Of a stretch of 64,000 nucleotides of DNA, positions 1 to 13,110 are shown piece by piece. The translations under genes were made by a program, and so were the position numbers. The DNA lies in NCBI GenBank assembly GCA_028534125.1, contig CM052816.1, positions 98,582,001 through 98,646,000 of the forward strand, given 5' to 3'. The number at the start of each line of letters is the position of its first letter. The first letter of the stretch is position 1. This DNA comes from Lama glama. Its lineage: Eukaryota. The notes beneath the pieces are model-generated. The model searched no databases. It was not told the DNA's origin and was given only the letters and a program-made list of their open reading frames with translations.

Positions 1-185
1 CTGTCCCAGCACCACGTGTTGAAGAGACTCTTCTTTCCCCCACTGAATGGTCTTGGCACGTTTGTTGAAAATCAGTTGGCTGTAGGTGTACACATCTACT
101 TCTAGACCCTCAGTTTTAGTCCATTGGTCTACACATCTGTCTTTATGCCAGCACTGGGCCATTTTGATTACTGTAGCTGCACATA
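1..185 (-). mobile_element. LINE-1 fragment (old L1M-type)
   Basis: tcccagcaccac...ttgaagagact...gaatggtcttggca...gaaaatcagttgg is typical antisense L1 ORF2 3' sequence. Confidence 0.7.
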
Positions 186-3100
186 TTCCTTTTTTAATTT
201 TTTTGTTTTATTTAATAAACAATAATTTCTGCAAGACTAAATGTTTCTCTGCAACATCATGATAAGTCAACCTTGTTACATTTAGGTTGTCCATATTTCT
301 TTATTGTCAAGAGCATCATAATAAACACACTTCTAGTTTAATGAGTGAAATTACCTACAGCTATTTCTCAGAATAACTTCCTAGAACTAAATTACTGAGT
401 CCAAGGATATGCAGAATGCCCAGACTTTGGTAACAGACAGCTGTTACCAATTTCCATTCTAGAAACTCTCTGCTGGTGTACCCTCTCTCTAGACTAGAAA
501 AGCCAGCTCAGTTCCTGTACTCCATTATCTTTTTGCCCCAGGTGGACCCCAAAGATAAGTGTCTTTTTTTTTTAATCTTCAACTTAGTTGAATACCAACT
601 CTCCTTCTCAGTTTCAAAATTCATTTTAAATTGGAAAATGTAACACTCCCTTTTTCTTTCTCTGGCTCAGGGATTAGAAAGGCCAGCTCCCTTGAAAAAG
701 CCCAAAAACCCCCTTCCTCATGTCCTGGGCCAGCAAGGGCTGAGCTGCAGCATGACTGCCGCCTGGCTGTTGACTCCACCGAATACAACTGAAGTGACAG
801 TTGGCCTCCTGCATCTCCGCTGAGCAATACTGCTGCTCAGTAATAGCCTGTAGGACAGAGATGATGGGTTAGTAATGAACGGTCAGAACTGCTCGGCATA
901 AGTCAAGTTACTAGTCTCAGCTGGAGTATCCTGGCAAAGCATCCGTCTCAAGCCCACTGGGCAGGGACGATGCAGCAGAGAGGAAGAACGCCTCATTTGG
1001 CACAAGAGACAACCCTTTCTTTCTGGACCCCTGAGAAAAGCAATGCTGACAATTCCTCCTCCGTGGCTGCACCTCATCCAAGTCGCATGGCTGTGAAGTT
1101 TTACTGAGATGGAAACAGCTTCCTTTGCCAAAGAACTCAGAGTGGCGATTACTGAACAGAATGCAGAGAAAAAGAGAAGCCGGGCTGGGGCAGCTGCAGT
1201 GCAGAACAGGAAAGACAGTAAACCCTCTTGGCTCTAAATCTCTTTGATTCTGAGATGCCTGTTGCAGCTCAGAGGCTGCCAACAAAGTTTCCTCACCAAG
1301 GGCCTTTCACTGACCAGAAAGCCTTTAAATATTCCCTTTTTTTATAAGCACTAAAGCACAGAAGAGTAAAAGTGTCAAGAAACTTCTTATGTAATTGAGT
1401 CATGAACAACCCAAATTAAAAATTGACCAAGTTTGGACTGAGCTGGGAGAAGGGACTTCCAGCATGCCTGCCACCACTCCCCAGCCCAGCGCCTGCCCAG
1501 GCATCACCAGTTGACAAACAAACACCTTCTGGGTGAGCTGGTCCTTCTCTGCAGCACGCCAGCGAGCCAGAGCCGTCATTCGGAGTGGACACATGAGAGG
1601 AGTCCAGTTGGCCGTGTCAAGGTGAGACGCTGCCCTCTCCAGGTCTATAGGGTCGAATCTCTCCTTTTCTTTTGGTCCTTGTCCCTCTCCCCTCATACCT
1701 CTCCCCCAGAAAGAAATACAAAAGAATAAGAGAGAAGATGAGGGAGGAGCTGGAGAGCCTAGCACATTTTCTTGGCATGGTTACCCTGCTGCGGTTGCAG
1801 GTGGGGCTATGCTCAGTAGGTGCATCTGAAGGGAAGGGATGTTTTCCATCCAGAAGGAGGACCATCCACTTAAGTCACCTTGGCACTTTTGCTTGAGGGG
1901 TATAGGTTCTGGCCATCAGTGCCAGGGACTTCAGTCAGTACCAAGGACATTTCAGAGCTCAGAGCTTCCGGAGTTTGCATTTATTTCCATGCTCTTTAAA
2001 GAATATCACCCAAAGCAGATGGAAACAGTGGAAATAAGGAGAAATTCAAAAGATGCTAGACGCGAGTAGGGTAACAAGAACATGCAAGACAGAGTGATGG
2101 GAGAAGTGGTCGTGATGAACTCGGGAAGCAAGGTGAGCAGAAACATAAACAACTAGACACAACTTTCCATTTACATTTTCGGCTCACAAAGCACTTTAAA
2201 AATTACCATCTCGCACTCTCCCGTCTATGCCTCAGGGGCAGGTAGCATGAGCCCTTCTTTCCAGGTGAAGCGATGAGAAGAGACTCATCCGGTGGCCCAA
2301 GCAAGGCCCCAGAGCTCATCAGCGGCAGGTCCGTGGCTCCTGTTGGCTCATCAGCTAGTGCTGAAAATGCAAAGGTACCAGGAAGAGCCCCAGGTAGAAG
2401 CCGAATGGAAGGAGGTTGTAGAATGGCTTGGAGCAGGGGCCATGTTTAAACACGGAAGGAAACAAATCGGGAAGAATCCTTGAACAGAGGAGAAAAAGGC
2501 AAGGTTGGGACGGGAACAAGGCTTCATTCTATAAATTAACAACGCAGCCAGCCCAGCCCTACAGGGTCTGTGGGTGTCAGGGAAGATGGCAGTTGGTGGA
2601 GGGAAAGAGTGCAGAGTGAGCTGCTGAAAGCATGGACGCCAAACGTCAAAAGAAGAGCAGTGACTACCGCTGGTGATGGGGAAACCTGCAAGGGAAGACG
2701 TGAGAAACAGCCGCACAGGGAACGGCGCTGTTTCAACGTGGAAAACGCCACCAGAGGGACAGCAGGACAGGCGACTCACGCCTCCATGACTTTGATGAAA
2801 GCTTTTTAAACATTTTGGGTTAAAAGAGTCTGCTGCTATACCTTATTTACCTATTTTCGCCTACCTCCCAAGACCATTTTGAATAAAGGACATGAAAGCG
2901 GATCCAAGGCTGTCCACAGAGAACTGCACGACTCGCCGTGAGCAGCTACTGCTAGCATTGTTATTTTAGAGACCTGCATTCAAAAACCACGGTGACTTGT
3001 TTTCCTTGGAGAAATAACAGAACAGAGTAGCTTTTAGTGCCCATTAACCCTTGTGACCTCATCTGCTATTCTCTCCAAAGAGGGCAGAAACCAGAACCGG

Positions 3101-4174
3101 GTTTCAGACGGCAGCCTCCTAGTGAGCAGTGGCAGACGGGCAGTCAGGGTGGCCCTGAGCCTGTGATCGGCCGCTCGGTTAAAAGTGTCCCCCAGGAAGA
3201 CAGCCCTCGGGCCTACACAAACACACATCTCACCGGGACGGCTTCCTCTCTCCAGATAACCCTCCTCTGCCTGTAGCTTCCTGGTGCTGTCCCTGTCCCC
3301 TCCTCCCCACCAAGGACCAGGCTTAGACGTCCTGGGAGTAATGGGCCTGAGTACTCTCTCGGACCCAGAGGTTCTCATGCAGAGATGAGGCTGCCTCCCC
3401 GGGGACGTTCAGCAGACATGCTTGATCATCACGCTGGAAGAGGCGGAGTGGTGCTTTTAGCATCAGTGGGCAGAGGCCAGGGACACAGCTCCCTGTCCTG
3501 CAAGGCGTGGGCCTTAGGACAATATCTGGGCCACTGTATCCGTAGAGCAGAGGCTGAGAGACCACGATCAACTGGGAGATATGAGCACGTCAGAGTCGTC
3601 CTCTGCCACTCCTGAGACAGGGACTGGCTCACACCCAAACCCCGGGCCTGTCTCTCTCACAGACACTGGCTTCCAGTAATCACACGTCCACATAGGGGTG
3701 CATGCAGGTGACGCCCTTTGCTGCTCTCATACTCAAGGCCGAAGCACACGCTGAAAAGGAGGAAGGGGCGGCTCTAGAATGTGCGAATGCTCGTGGTGGG
3801 GAGTGAGGGGGGTGGGGCTGTGGTGAGGGAGGGAGTCGCGGGGGGAGGGACCAGCTGCAGAGTTAACTTTGTCTGAGACACACGTGTTGATTCTTCCGCA
3901 GGAATTCCAGTGGCCCACATCCTCACGTGCATCCCACATTCCAAAGGCCTAAGTCTTACAGGACTTTACGAAGCCAGCTACCCTCTGGACGCTTTACCCT
4001 GTGCTGATTGTCGCCGAGGGCAGCGGGGATGCTGAGGAGGTGAGGGCCGCTCTGTAGTCCCAGTCAAGAGGTTACAGGAGCAGTGGATTCTAGAATGAAT
4101 CTAGAGGGGTGAGTTGTATATTTTTAAAATTTTGCGGCAGAAACAACAAAGAAAAAGGCCTTTAAAAAAGCCTG

Positions 4175-4720
4175 CCCATCACAATAGCCAAAATGTGGAA
4201 ACACTCAAAGCCTATGTCGACTCACTGCTGAGTGAACAAACACACTCAGTGTATCCGTGTAACTCGGCCATAAAGAAGAAAGCAGCACTGAAACATGCGG
4301 CACCGGGGTGAGTTTTGAAAACATTATGCTAAGTGAGAGAAACCAGACACCGAAGGGCACAAATTGCATGCAGAGTAAGCAAATCAACTGAGGCAGAAGC
4401 ACATTAGTGATTGCCAGGGGTACAGGGTCCCCGTTTTTGGTGGGGTAGATAATTAGGGTTTTTACGTATTTATTCATTTATTTCAACGGAGATACTGGGG
4501 ATTGAACCCAGGACCTCGTGCATGCTAAGCACATGCTCTACCGCTGAGCCGTATCCTCCCCCCGCCCAGGGTCTCCTTTCGAGGTGGTGAAAATGTCCCA
4601 GAGCTAGATAGAGGCGATGGCTGCATAATGCTGTGAATGTACCAAAAGCCACTAAAATGTATACTTGAAAGTTGTTTAAATGGTGAATTTCACATTATAT
4701 GAATCTTATCTCAATTTCAA
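4175..4720 (+). mobile_element. L1M (L1MB-like) 3' end fragment interrupted by a SINE
   Basis: cacaatagccaaaatgtggaa...acattatgctaagtgagagaaaccagacac...aaatggtgaatttcacattatatgaatcttatctcaattt followed by an A-tract. Confidence 0.7.
4436..4566 (-). mobile_element. tRNA-derived SINE (camelid Vic-1-like)
   Basis: Reverse complement gives GGGGGAGGATACGGCTCAGCGGTAGAGCATGTGCTTAGCATGCACGAGGTCCTGGGTTCAATCCCCAGT (A and B boxes) with an AT-rich tail. Degenerate TSD cagggtccccgtt (4423-4435) / cagggtctccttt (4567-4579). Confidence 0.85.
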
Positions 4721-5012
4721 AAAAACATCCTGGGAAACGTCACTTGGGGAAATAAATGATGAAATGAGTCCCCTTGAATGAGAGGGCAGTTAAGTATGGA
4801 AAAATATTCAGGATCTATTGACTTATGAAAAAACAAAGCCAGACCAACAGCAACAACTGTCAGCACGCACGGAGTTTGTGGGTGTAAATTAACGAGCTCT
4901 CCCCGCTTGGTGCTGGGCCGCACCGCTCTGGGCCAGGATGAGTTACTACACGCCACTGAACACAAGTCCTTCCTCATCATTAGCCAGGTGGGTTGCTGTG
5001 CAACTCCCACTT

Positions 5013-5201
5013 ATTTTTAAGTTTTAAATTTTTTGAGCTTTTTAAAAAAGTATTTCACATTTTTATTTTTATTTGTTCTTTTTTAGGGGGAGAGGTAATT
5101 AGGTTTTTATTTCTTTATTTTAAGGGAGGTACTGGGGATTGAACCCAGGACCTTGCACATGCTGAGCACGCGCTCTACCACTGAGCTATGCCCTCCCCGC
5201 C
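5013..5201 (-). mobile_element. tRNA-derived SINE (camelid Vic-1-like)
   Basis: Same tRNA-like head with A and B boxes and a long A-rich tail. Degenerate 14-bp TSD tgcaactcccactt (4999-5012) / tgccactcgcactt (5202-5215). Confidence 0.85.
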
Positions 5202-5611
5202 TGCCACTCGCACTTTTCATCGTTCTGCACAGCTTCATTTTGTTGTGACTCAGAGAATTGTGAATAATCATGGTCAACACCCACCTTTGGCCTCGGTGGC
5301 TGCCTGTCCATCAGGACTCTGAGATCTTCCTCCTCAGGCATAGTCCTGCCACCGGCATCTGTGGGTCCCCAACCCTGGAATGGAAACCTTGTGTGTAGAT
5401 GCTTCCGGGGAGGAGACAGTATCATGAGATGTATCTGTTAAGCTTGCACAACACTTAGCAAGTGAATAGCACATGGGGCAAGTGCCCAGCAGCCGAGTTT
5501 CCTAGACCACAGTGTGTTTCCTGCAGAGGCTGGGGTCAAACTGGGGAGCCCTGAGGCCTTCACGGAAAGAGGACCAGAAGGAAAAGGCACAGCCATTCTA
5601 AATAGAAGTAG

Positions 5612-5960
5612 TTTCACTACAGTGAGGTACCACCTCTCACCAGTCAGGTTGGCCTTCATTAAAAAGTCTACAAACAATAAATGCTGGAGAGGGTGTGGAG
5701 AAAAGGGAACCCTCCTTCACTGCTGGTGGGAATGGAAATTGGTGCAACCACTCTGGAGAACAGAATGGAGACTCCTTTAAAAACTAAAAATAGAGTTACA
5801 CATGATCCAGCAATCCCACTCCTGGACACATGTCTGGAGAAAACTTTAACTCAGAAAGATGCATGCCAATGTTCATAGCTGCACTGTTTACAGTAACCAA
5901 GACATAGAAGCACATTGAATGAATGCACATTGACAGATGACTGGATAAAGAAGATGTGTG
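5612..5960 (+). mobile_element. LINE-1 ORF2 C-terminal fragment
   Basis: Translates to [43 protein letters not shown], the L1 ORF2p Cys-rich region, and is frameshifted. Confidence 0.9.
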
Positions 5961-5989
5961 AGATAGATGATAGACAGATCGATCGATCA

Positions 5990-6193
5990 AAGGGGGCTGG
6001 TTATTGCCAGGTTACTTTCCTTGAGGGGATGGCAGGGTCTGCCAGGCACATTGCCTAACCAGCCTGGTCAGGAGATTCCCGATTGACTGGCGCAGGGTCC
6101 CAGGTCTGGGAGAGCCGAAACTCTAGTTCAGTTGTCTCAGTCTGGGGCTCAGCATAAGCAACTCCATTTGGGGCTGCTGTCTTGTTTTTAACA
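5990..6193 (-). mobile_element. Partial ERV1-type LTR
   Basis: The minus strand begins TGTTAAAAACAAGACAGCAGCCCCAAATGGAGTTGCTTATGCTGAGCCCC, which resembles an ERV1 LTR 5' end. It is truncated on the left. Confidence 0.5.
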
Positions 6194-7099
6194 GCAAGAC
6201 TGGGGTGTTTTCTTCCTTGATTTGGAGCAGGGTTTAAAAATCACTATGGCCAACATGAAGCTATCCAACCATGAAGAAAAAACAATTTCCATTTTAAGAT
6301 TGTTTAGATGTTAAAATGGGTTTTACTTTAAATGTTCAAACAACAGCAGAAGGCTTTAATGAAGCAGAAAAGAAAACAAACTGACCAATATATAAAGTTC
6401 GGAGAACTATTCATCTTTTTCTAGGCTCCCGAGGTGTGCATCCCATGCTTGTCAGGAGAGACGTGGGGGATATGGATGGAGGGCCACCTGCTCCTCCGGG
6501 CTGTTCGGTGATCACTCTGTCACATAAGCAGAGGCAAGGGCCTTGGTTTCACTGAATGCCTGGCCTCTGTGCTGGGGGGGAACAGCAGGAGGCACTTGCT
6601 TTACACACCCTCCACTGCCCACTCAAACCCACAGACCCACGGGACTCCCTCTCCACGTCTTCCTTCCTCCTGAGGAAGCTGATCTGTTTGTAAGACGGGG
6701 CCAAACATTCAATCCTCTGCTGGTGGAACCAGGGTCGGAGGAGCTCTCTCAGGACAGAAGGCAGGACCACGTGGGTGCTCACCCTTGCTGGGGGTCCCCG
6801 TCCTCCCCCACCAGGGCTCTCACCTGGGTCTGGTGGGAGGACGCAGGCAGGGCAGACCCGGGAAGAGAGGGAGGGGCTGATGAGGAGGCTGGGGCTGGTT
6901 ACAAATGCCAGGATGTTCCTTGGGCTCAGGGGAGGGACAGCGGAGACCGACAAGGACCTGGGGTACAGGGGTGTGGGGTGCACTGCAGGATTTATAAGTT
7001 GGAAAATCCACTGAATATGTGTGGGTGTGTAGTGAACATGTGTGCATGTATTTATACTCATATGAACATACCAAGATGGATATGAAATACACAGTGCCT

Positions 7100-7470
7100 G
7101 CTCCGGTCAGCTAGGACTGCCATACAAAGTCACACAGCCTGGGCGGCCTGACCTACAGAAATGTGTTCTCCCACAGTCTGGAGGTGCAAAGTCCAAGATC
7201 AAGTTGTCGGCACGGTCGGCCCCACCTGAGGCGGTGAGGAAGGACCTGTTCCAGGCCTCTCCCCGGCTTCCGGTGATTCATTGCCGCCTTCATTCTTTCC
7301 TGGCTCCCGGAAGCATCACCCTGCTCTCCGCCTGCATTGTTACCTGGTTTCCTCGCCGTGCATGTCCAAGTCCAAATATCCCCTTTTCGTAAGGACAACA
7401 GTCATACTGGATTCGGGGCCACCAGCTCCAGTGTGACCGTATCTTAAATACACCTGCAAGGACCCTACAG
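7100..7470 (-). mobile_element. MaLR LTR (MLT1 family)
   Basis: ctgccatacaaag...cagaaatgtgttctcccacagtctggagg...aagtccaagatcaag...aaggacaacagtcatactggatt are MLT1 hallmarks. Confidence 0.8.
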
Positions 7471-7689
7471 CGGGTGTCAGTGCCAAGCCTTAATCTGTCC
7501 TCTATTTTCTTATGGATAAATGAGAGGTATTTTGCCAAAATGTAAGTTTTCTCTCCACCTAAAGTGTTACGGTATTGTGACTGCCTAAAGTTCTTCTATA
7601 TGGCTTCAGAAACTGTCGTACTGTACGACATACGTGCATATTGTCCGTGGAGTGTTTTCGACCGTTTGAAAATGTTGAAGGTTGAGCTG

Positions 7690-7869
7690 CATGTCAACTT
7701 GTCCCTGGGGCTCCAGCCTGCCGGACTGCCTGCAGATTTCAGACTTGCTGGCCCCACAGTCACGTGAGCCAATGCCTTAAATAAACGCCTGTCTCTTTCT
7801 CTGAGAAAGAGAGAGGATATATTTACACATCATATGGTTCTGTTCCTCTGGAGAATCCTGACTAATACA
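7690..7869 (+). mobile_element. ERVL LTR 3' part (MLT2 family)
   Basis: cctgcagatttcagacttgc...gtgagccaat...ggttctgttcctctggagaatcctgactaataca terminus. Confidence 0.8.
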
Positions 7870-8096
7870 GTCCATATGAATAAGTAAAGAGATTATTGAG
7901 TTAATCCCAAGCCTTTGGAGACACACTCAGATTTAATAGAGATTATGTTCTGGGGGAAAGTTCTATAAGCAAAACATGGTTTTCACCTAGAAACAGTGTT
8001 CTAATAACCTGCTACTAAACACTAGAACAGGGCTTGATCCTTAAGGCTAAATTGGAGGCAGGCAATTGAAACGGAGTATTCTCTATAAGTGACAGG

Positions 8097-8308
8097 TGTC
8101 ACCATCACCTCTGACATCATTGTCCTCATCACTGCCACCACCGTCATCACCACCATCATCACTGTTACCCCATCATCATCCATATTATTAGCATCACCTT
8201 TATCATCATCATCACCACCACCATCATCATCATCTCTATTACTGTCACCATCATAGTAATTGTTATCATCACCACCACCACCACCACCACCACCACCATC
8301 AACATCAT
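8097..8308. repeat. Degenerate (CAT/CAC)n trinucleotide repeat
   Basis: Visible runs of catcatcat and caccaccac. They explain the poly-G/D and poly-V/M ORFs. Confidence 0.92.
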
Positions 8309-9752
8309 GCTGAAGCTGGTGGATTCCTTCTGCTTTCTTTTTTTCCAACCTCCCACACTGCCGAGTGCTCCACTCCAGACCTGTGGATCTAAATGCTCCT
8401 AACCTTGGTGTGTTCTCCCTCTCTGACCATATGAAAATGGCAGGGATACATGTCAAACGCCACCTGTGCCCTGTTTGAGCCAGACACTCTGCAAATGGAT
8501 GCCTGGCTTTGACCTCAATGGACGCAGAGTAGGAGGACCCCAGTCCCAGGAGGCAGTGTGACCAGATGGCTGAAAATGAAGATGTCAAGAAGCTGGCTGC
8601 CTGTGATCTTGAAAGTGCAGTGACTCGTGGCCCTCAGGGAGCCCTTCTGAGACTCTTTTGCCTTGATGTTTTGAATGAAGCTCATTGTGATACTTGCCTG
8701 TTCCACTTATTTATAGTGGTGAGATGAAACCCAGGTGAGTTATTTGGCAGCAGGGAATGCTGCTGTTTTTAATCAAAGCAAATAAAAAGACAATCTCTTT
8801 ACAGAAAGGGTGTCTCCTCAAGGCCCTTCACAGACGGCAGATGTGTGCACCTTAATCTTACATTCCTTTAAAAAGAGAACACTCTTGAAAAGCAATCTAT
8901 ATGTTCCTAATTTCACAATAAAATACTTGAATAGGTCTGTCTTTTTGAATCAGGAAAGAAAAGAAAGAAAAAGAATAAGCTCGCTGTGACACAGGAACCA
9001 TCACACAACACAAGCCCCTTGAAGGTGGCGACACAGGATAATGCCGGGTTCAAGGCCACCAAGCCTCAGGCTGAAAGAGGCAAATTTGATTTTACAAAAC
9101 AACCATAAGAAGTCAAGACAATAAATAAAATGTGAGGGCACAAAATGATAAACAGAATAGCAGAGTCCAGCATGTCTGAGGAGGTTGTAAGTGTGGATTT
9201 ACCTACCAACAGAAGAGACTTCACACCCACAAGAAAGGTGAAGTTGCATCCTGCCCAGTACATCCCAGGCTGCAACAAAGGAGTGTAGAGGCAACTGGGT
9301 GATGATCTTAAAAAGCAACCAGAAACACATCAGCCTCTGTGATTGCTCAGGGAAAACCTGAGAGGCAAATGCCCAAGAGCAGCTCCTTTCCAGCTGGAGC
9401 AGACAGGAGCCAGCAAGATTTTTCATACCAGGCAGGGGAGAGAGATGATCTGTTCAGTGATGTTGGTAAGAAAACACATCTGAGTTCTTAAAATATTCGG
9501 GTCTTGTGACTTTATAGAAGACAGATAATGTATAGAAAACATACTGTCTCTGGATTTCTAATTTTTCCCAGCCAACTAGAAGAGAAAAAAAAATTTTGCC
9601 AGGTTACTCTTTATTTTTTAAAAGCTGATTTGTATGAGTACAGATACAACTCTGCCATCTCTCCAGTTGTTCTACTGTTTTCAAATGACTTGTACCATGA
9701 AACCCATCAATATCTCAAGGAGGTTTTAATTACAAAAAGAATAAGTCAAGCA

Positions 9753-10295
9753 AACTAAATGCCCATTGACAGATGAATGGATAAAGTTGTGGAATGTTTA
9801 TACCAAGGAATACTACTCGGCCATGAAAAGGAATAAAATAATGTCATTTGCAGCAACATGGATGGATCTAGAGAGTATCATACTAAGTGAAGTCAGACAG
9901 AGAAAGAAAAATATCATATCATATCACTTATATGTGGAATCTGAAAAAAAGAATACAAATGTATTTACTTATTTACCAAACAGAAACAGACTCACAGACA
10001 TAGAAAACAAACTTATGGTTACCAAAAGCGAAAAGTGGGGAGGGATAAATTAAGAGTTTGGGATTAATAGATATATACTACTTTATATAAAATAAATCAG
10101 CAAGAAAGTCCCACTGTATACCACAGGAAACTATAATCAATATCTTGTAATAACCCACAATAGAAAAGAATCTGAAAAAGAATATATATATATTCTTTAT
10201 TCTATATTATTTATATATATATATATAAATGAATCACTATGCTGTACACAAGAAGCTAACACAACATTGTAAATCAACTCTACTTTAATAAGGAA
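9753..10295 (+). mobile_element. 5'-truncated LINE-1 3' end with an internal (TA)n
   Basis: ORF2 tail (DEWIK-LW...MSFAATWMDLE.IILSEV) plus a 3' UTR ending aacattgtaaatcaactctactttaata. Possible degenerate TSD aaaaagaataagtcaagca / aaaaagaatgtcagtcaagca. Confidence 0.9.
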
Positions 10296-10370
10296 AAAAA
10301 GAATGTCAGTCAAGCAGGATGAACATAGCTGAGGGGCACCAGGACTTCTGAGCTTGAGAAGGTAAATACT

Positions 10371-10805
10371 TGTGCGGTCTGGGCTGGGGAGGAAAGTGCC
10401 TCCCCAAGACTCACGTCTACCCTGAATCTCTCATTGTGACTACTTGATAAAAGGCCTCTGCAGATGTAATTCGTTAAAATGAAGTCACTCTGGATTAGGC
10501 TGGGTTCTAACCAACGATTCTTGTCCTAATAGAAAGAAAAAATAGAGACACACCAGGAAAAAGTGTGTGTGATGATGAGGGCAGAGACTGGAGTGACGTT
10601 CTGCAAGCCAAGGACCACCAGGCAACCACCAAAAGCTGGAAGAGGCCAGGAGGGACCCTCCCCAGAGCCTTCAGTGGGGGCACAGCCCTGTCAACACCTT
10701 GCTTTCAGACTTCTGGCCCCAGAGCTGGGAGAGAATCAGTTTCTGCTGCTTTAAAGCATCAAATTTGTGGTAATTTGTTGCAGCAGTCCTAGGAAAGCAA
10801 CACCA
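10371..10805 (+). mobile_element. MaLR LTR (MLT1 family)
   Basis: tgcagatgtaatt...gcagagactggagtga...ccctcccagagccttcag...cagacttctggcc...gcagcagtcctaggaaa. Confidence 0.85.
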
Positions 10806-11317
10806 GGTCCCTTAGCCTGGAGAACGGAGCCCACAGACCCAGCACCCATCCAGGGATCCATCAATGCCCAACATTCACGTGTCCTTTGAACTCTGTGAAG
10901 GGCAGACACTAGTGGACTGGATTAAACAGTGCTTCGCCTAAGTGACCCCGCCGCACGTGGGGTTCTGACAGACACGTTCCCTTCCGTGAGTTCTGTCAGT
11001 CCTCTGTGTGTGGTACACTCATTTTACTCTTGATCAGGCTTATAGAAAACTCTCTTTCATCATCTAACCTGCATTTTCAGAGGCCCGAGATGTCTTTCAG
11101 TTGACAGTAAATGGCTCTTAGCCAAGATTCTGGGGTTGTCCGCTGGCGTTTCTGGCTGCCCGTGCCATCCCTTGTCTTCCCTGCATCCCGCCGCCCGGCC
11201 CTTCCTGCTGTGCCGAAATGCGCCCAGGCCCCTCCCACTGTGCTCCAGGCTCCCCTGACCCCCGCCCCTTCTAACCTGCATGCCATGACTTTGCCTCTGA
11301 GGAGCCTAGAACCATCA

Positions 11318-11650
11318 GGTCCCTAGGACTGTGGTGACACAGCGTCCCAAATTTGGTGGCTTAAAACAACAAAATTGTATTCTCTCGCAGCTCTGGAGGC
11401 CAGAGGTCTGAAACCAAGGTGTCGGAGGTGTCAGCAGGTGTCCAAAGGCCCCAGGGGCAAGCACCATGCCCACCCCCAGTTTCTGGTGTTGCTGACAATG
11501 CCCAGTGTCCCTTGGCTGGCAGCTGCACCTGGTGATGATCTCTGTCACTGCATGGCGTCCTCCCGGCATGTCTCTTGGTCCCTGTGTCTCCCTTCTGATC
11601 AGTCAATGGATCAGAGCATCAGTCAATGGACTAGGGCCCATCTGGTACCT
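11318..11650 (-). mobile_element. MaLR LTR (MLT1 family)
   Basis: ggtggcttaaaacaacaaaattgtattctctcgcagctctggaggccagaggtctgaaaccaaggtgtc is an MLT1 signature. Confidence 0.8.
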
Positions 11651-11799
11651 ATTCCTGGACCATGCTCCCTCTTTCAGAAGTTCTGTCTTACAGGAGCTCC
11701 CTGCGGGTCCCCAGACCTCCCCTCTTTCTGGTCCATCATTTGGGGCACGTCCAGGAGCTGTACCTGGACATGTCACATCTCAGATGCCCATTAGATTTG

Positions 11800-12750
11800 C
11801 AGGTAAAGACTCTATATAATTAGATATGAAAGTCTGTGGTTCAGGATACTGGTTGTGACTGGAGATAGAAATAGGAACCAAGAGTGGATGTGGGATAGTT
11901 AACACCAGGAGCCCTAAGTGCAGACAGAGGGGGAAGAAGTCGAGGACAGAGCCTGAGGCACACTAAGGCTTCGAGATCAGACGGAGAAAGCAAATTCTGC
12001 AAGGAGACTGAAGGGAATCCTGGAGACAGGAGGAGGCTGAGTGTTCCAGGAGCTGAGTGAAGGCGGCATTGCTGAAAAAGGCTCAGCTGGGAGCACCTGC
12101 AGCTGGAGGCCCGGTGAGAGGAATGCCCAGAATTAACCCCTGGATGTAGCCTTGGGGCCACTGTTTGTGCCTTTGACCAGAGATCACTGGAGAGGTGGGG
12201 ACAAAAGCTTGATTTGAGTCATTTCAAGAGCAAACACTGGGGCAGGTCCTGCAGGGAACAGTGGAATAAAAGGAAATTTGTTTCTTAGCACTGCTAGAAA
12301 GAATAGCAGGTTCACTTGCTGATGGAAATGACCCCGCAGGGAGAGAGACACCATCACGAAGAAAGAGGAGAACTCCCGTGTGATGTCTTCGAGAGGCTGA
12401 GAGGGGATGGGGTCTAGGGCACAGCCATCCCGAGCACAGCAGGGAGACAGAGGGTGTGGGCACAGCTGGTGGTCGGCGGTGGAAGATATGTGGGAGCTTG
12501 TGGCTGTTCTATTCCAATCATCCCTAATTTCTCCATGAAACTAAAGAAGCAAGAAATCAGTTCATGTCGAGGATGGAGGAAGAGGTGGTGAGTATTTCAA
12601 GAGGGAGGAGAAGGTATACATCGTGACCTGGGGGTGTAGAGTGAAGGCCAGGCAGCTTTCAGGGCCCCTTGAGGTCAGCTCTCATGAGTCCCAGGATAGA
12701 AGAGTCCGGGCAATTGTGCGTTTTAGTCCAACCTTATTCTGCTGCCCAGG
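11800..12750 (-). mobile_element. Degenerate L2 fragments
   Basis: Purine-rich, old LINE-like sequence (ttagatatgaaagtctgtggttcagg...ctggagataga...). Weak recognition. Confidence 0.4.
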
Positions 12751-12814
12751 TGAAGGGGGCCTGGGGCTTCACCAAGAACACGAGATGCAGAAATAGAGGA
12801 GCAAGGCAGCTCAT

Positions 12815-12968
12815 TGTGTTAGTTACACCGCCCTGTGAAGTGTTGTTCCTTCTTTAAGGTAAGGAAAGGAATTGAGTAACTTGCCCAGGACCACTGAGCT
12901 GGTGAGACAATGATTTGGTGTTGAAATCCAGGTCTAGCTGACTTGGAAACACTGATCTTTCCACCACC
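12815..12968 (-). mobile_element. MIR SINE
   Basis: gagtaacttgcccaggaccactgagctggt...tgaaatccaggtctagctgact resembles the MIR core. Confidence 0.65.
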
Positions 12969-13110
12969 ACATTCACTCACTACTTAATAAAGAATTTTGC
13001 ATTATATATACCTATTACATTGTATGTCTGCTCTAAATTCCCTTTGCTATTATATCATTAACACCACATTTCATTGCACTGTTTTTATTATTAAAACATT
13101 ACTTTATTAA

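Noticed and set aside
4490..4566. tRNA-like sequence (also about 5130-5200 and 17797-17870)
   Set aside because: These are SINE heads with A-rich tails and TSDs, not tRNA genes.
8022..8588. 188-aa ORF with poly-Gly/Asp
   Set aside because: It is a translation of the (CAT/CAC)n repeat.
11063..11281. 12-bp direct repeat tctaacctgcat flanking 195 bp (possible TSD)
   Set aside because: There is no poly(A) tail or recognisable insert, and roughly one such pair is expected by chance in 64 kb.
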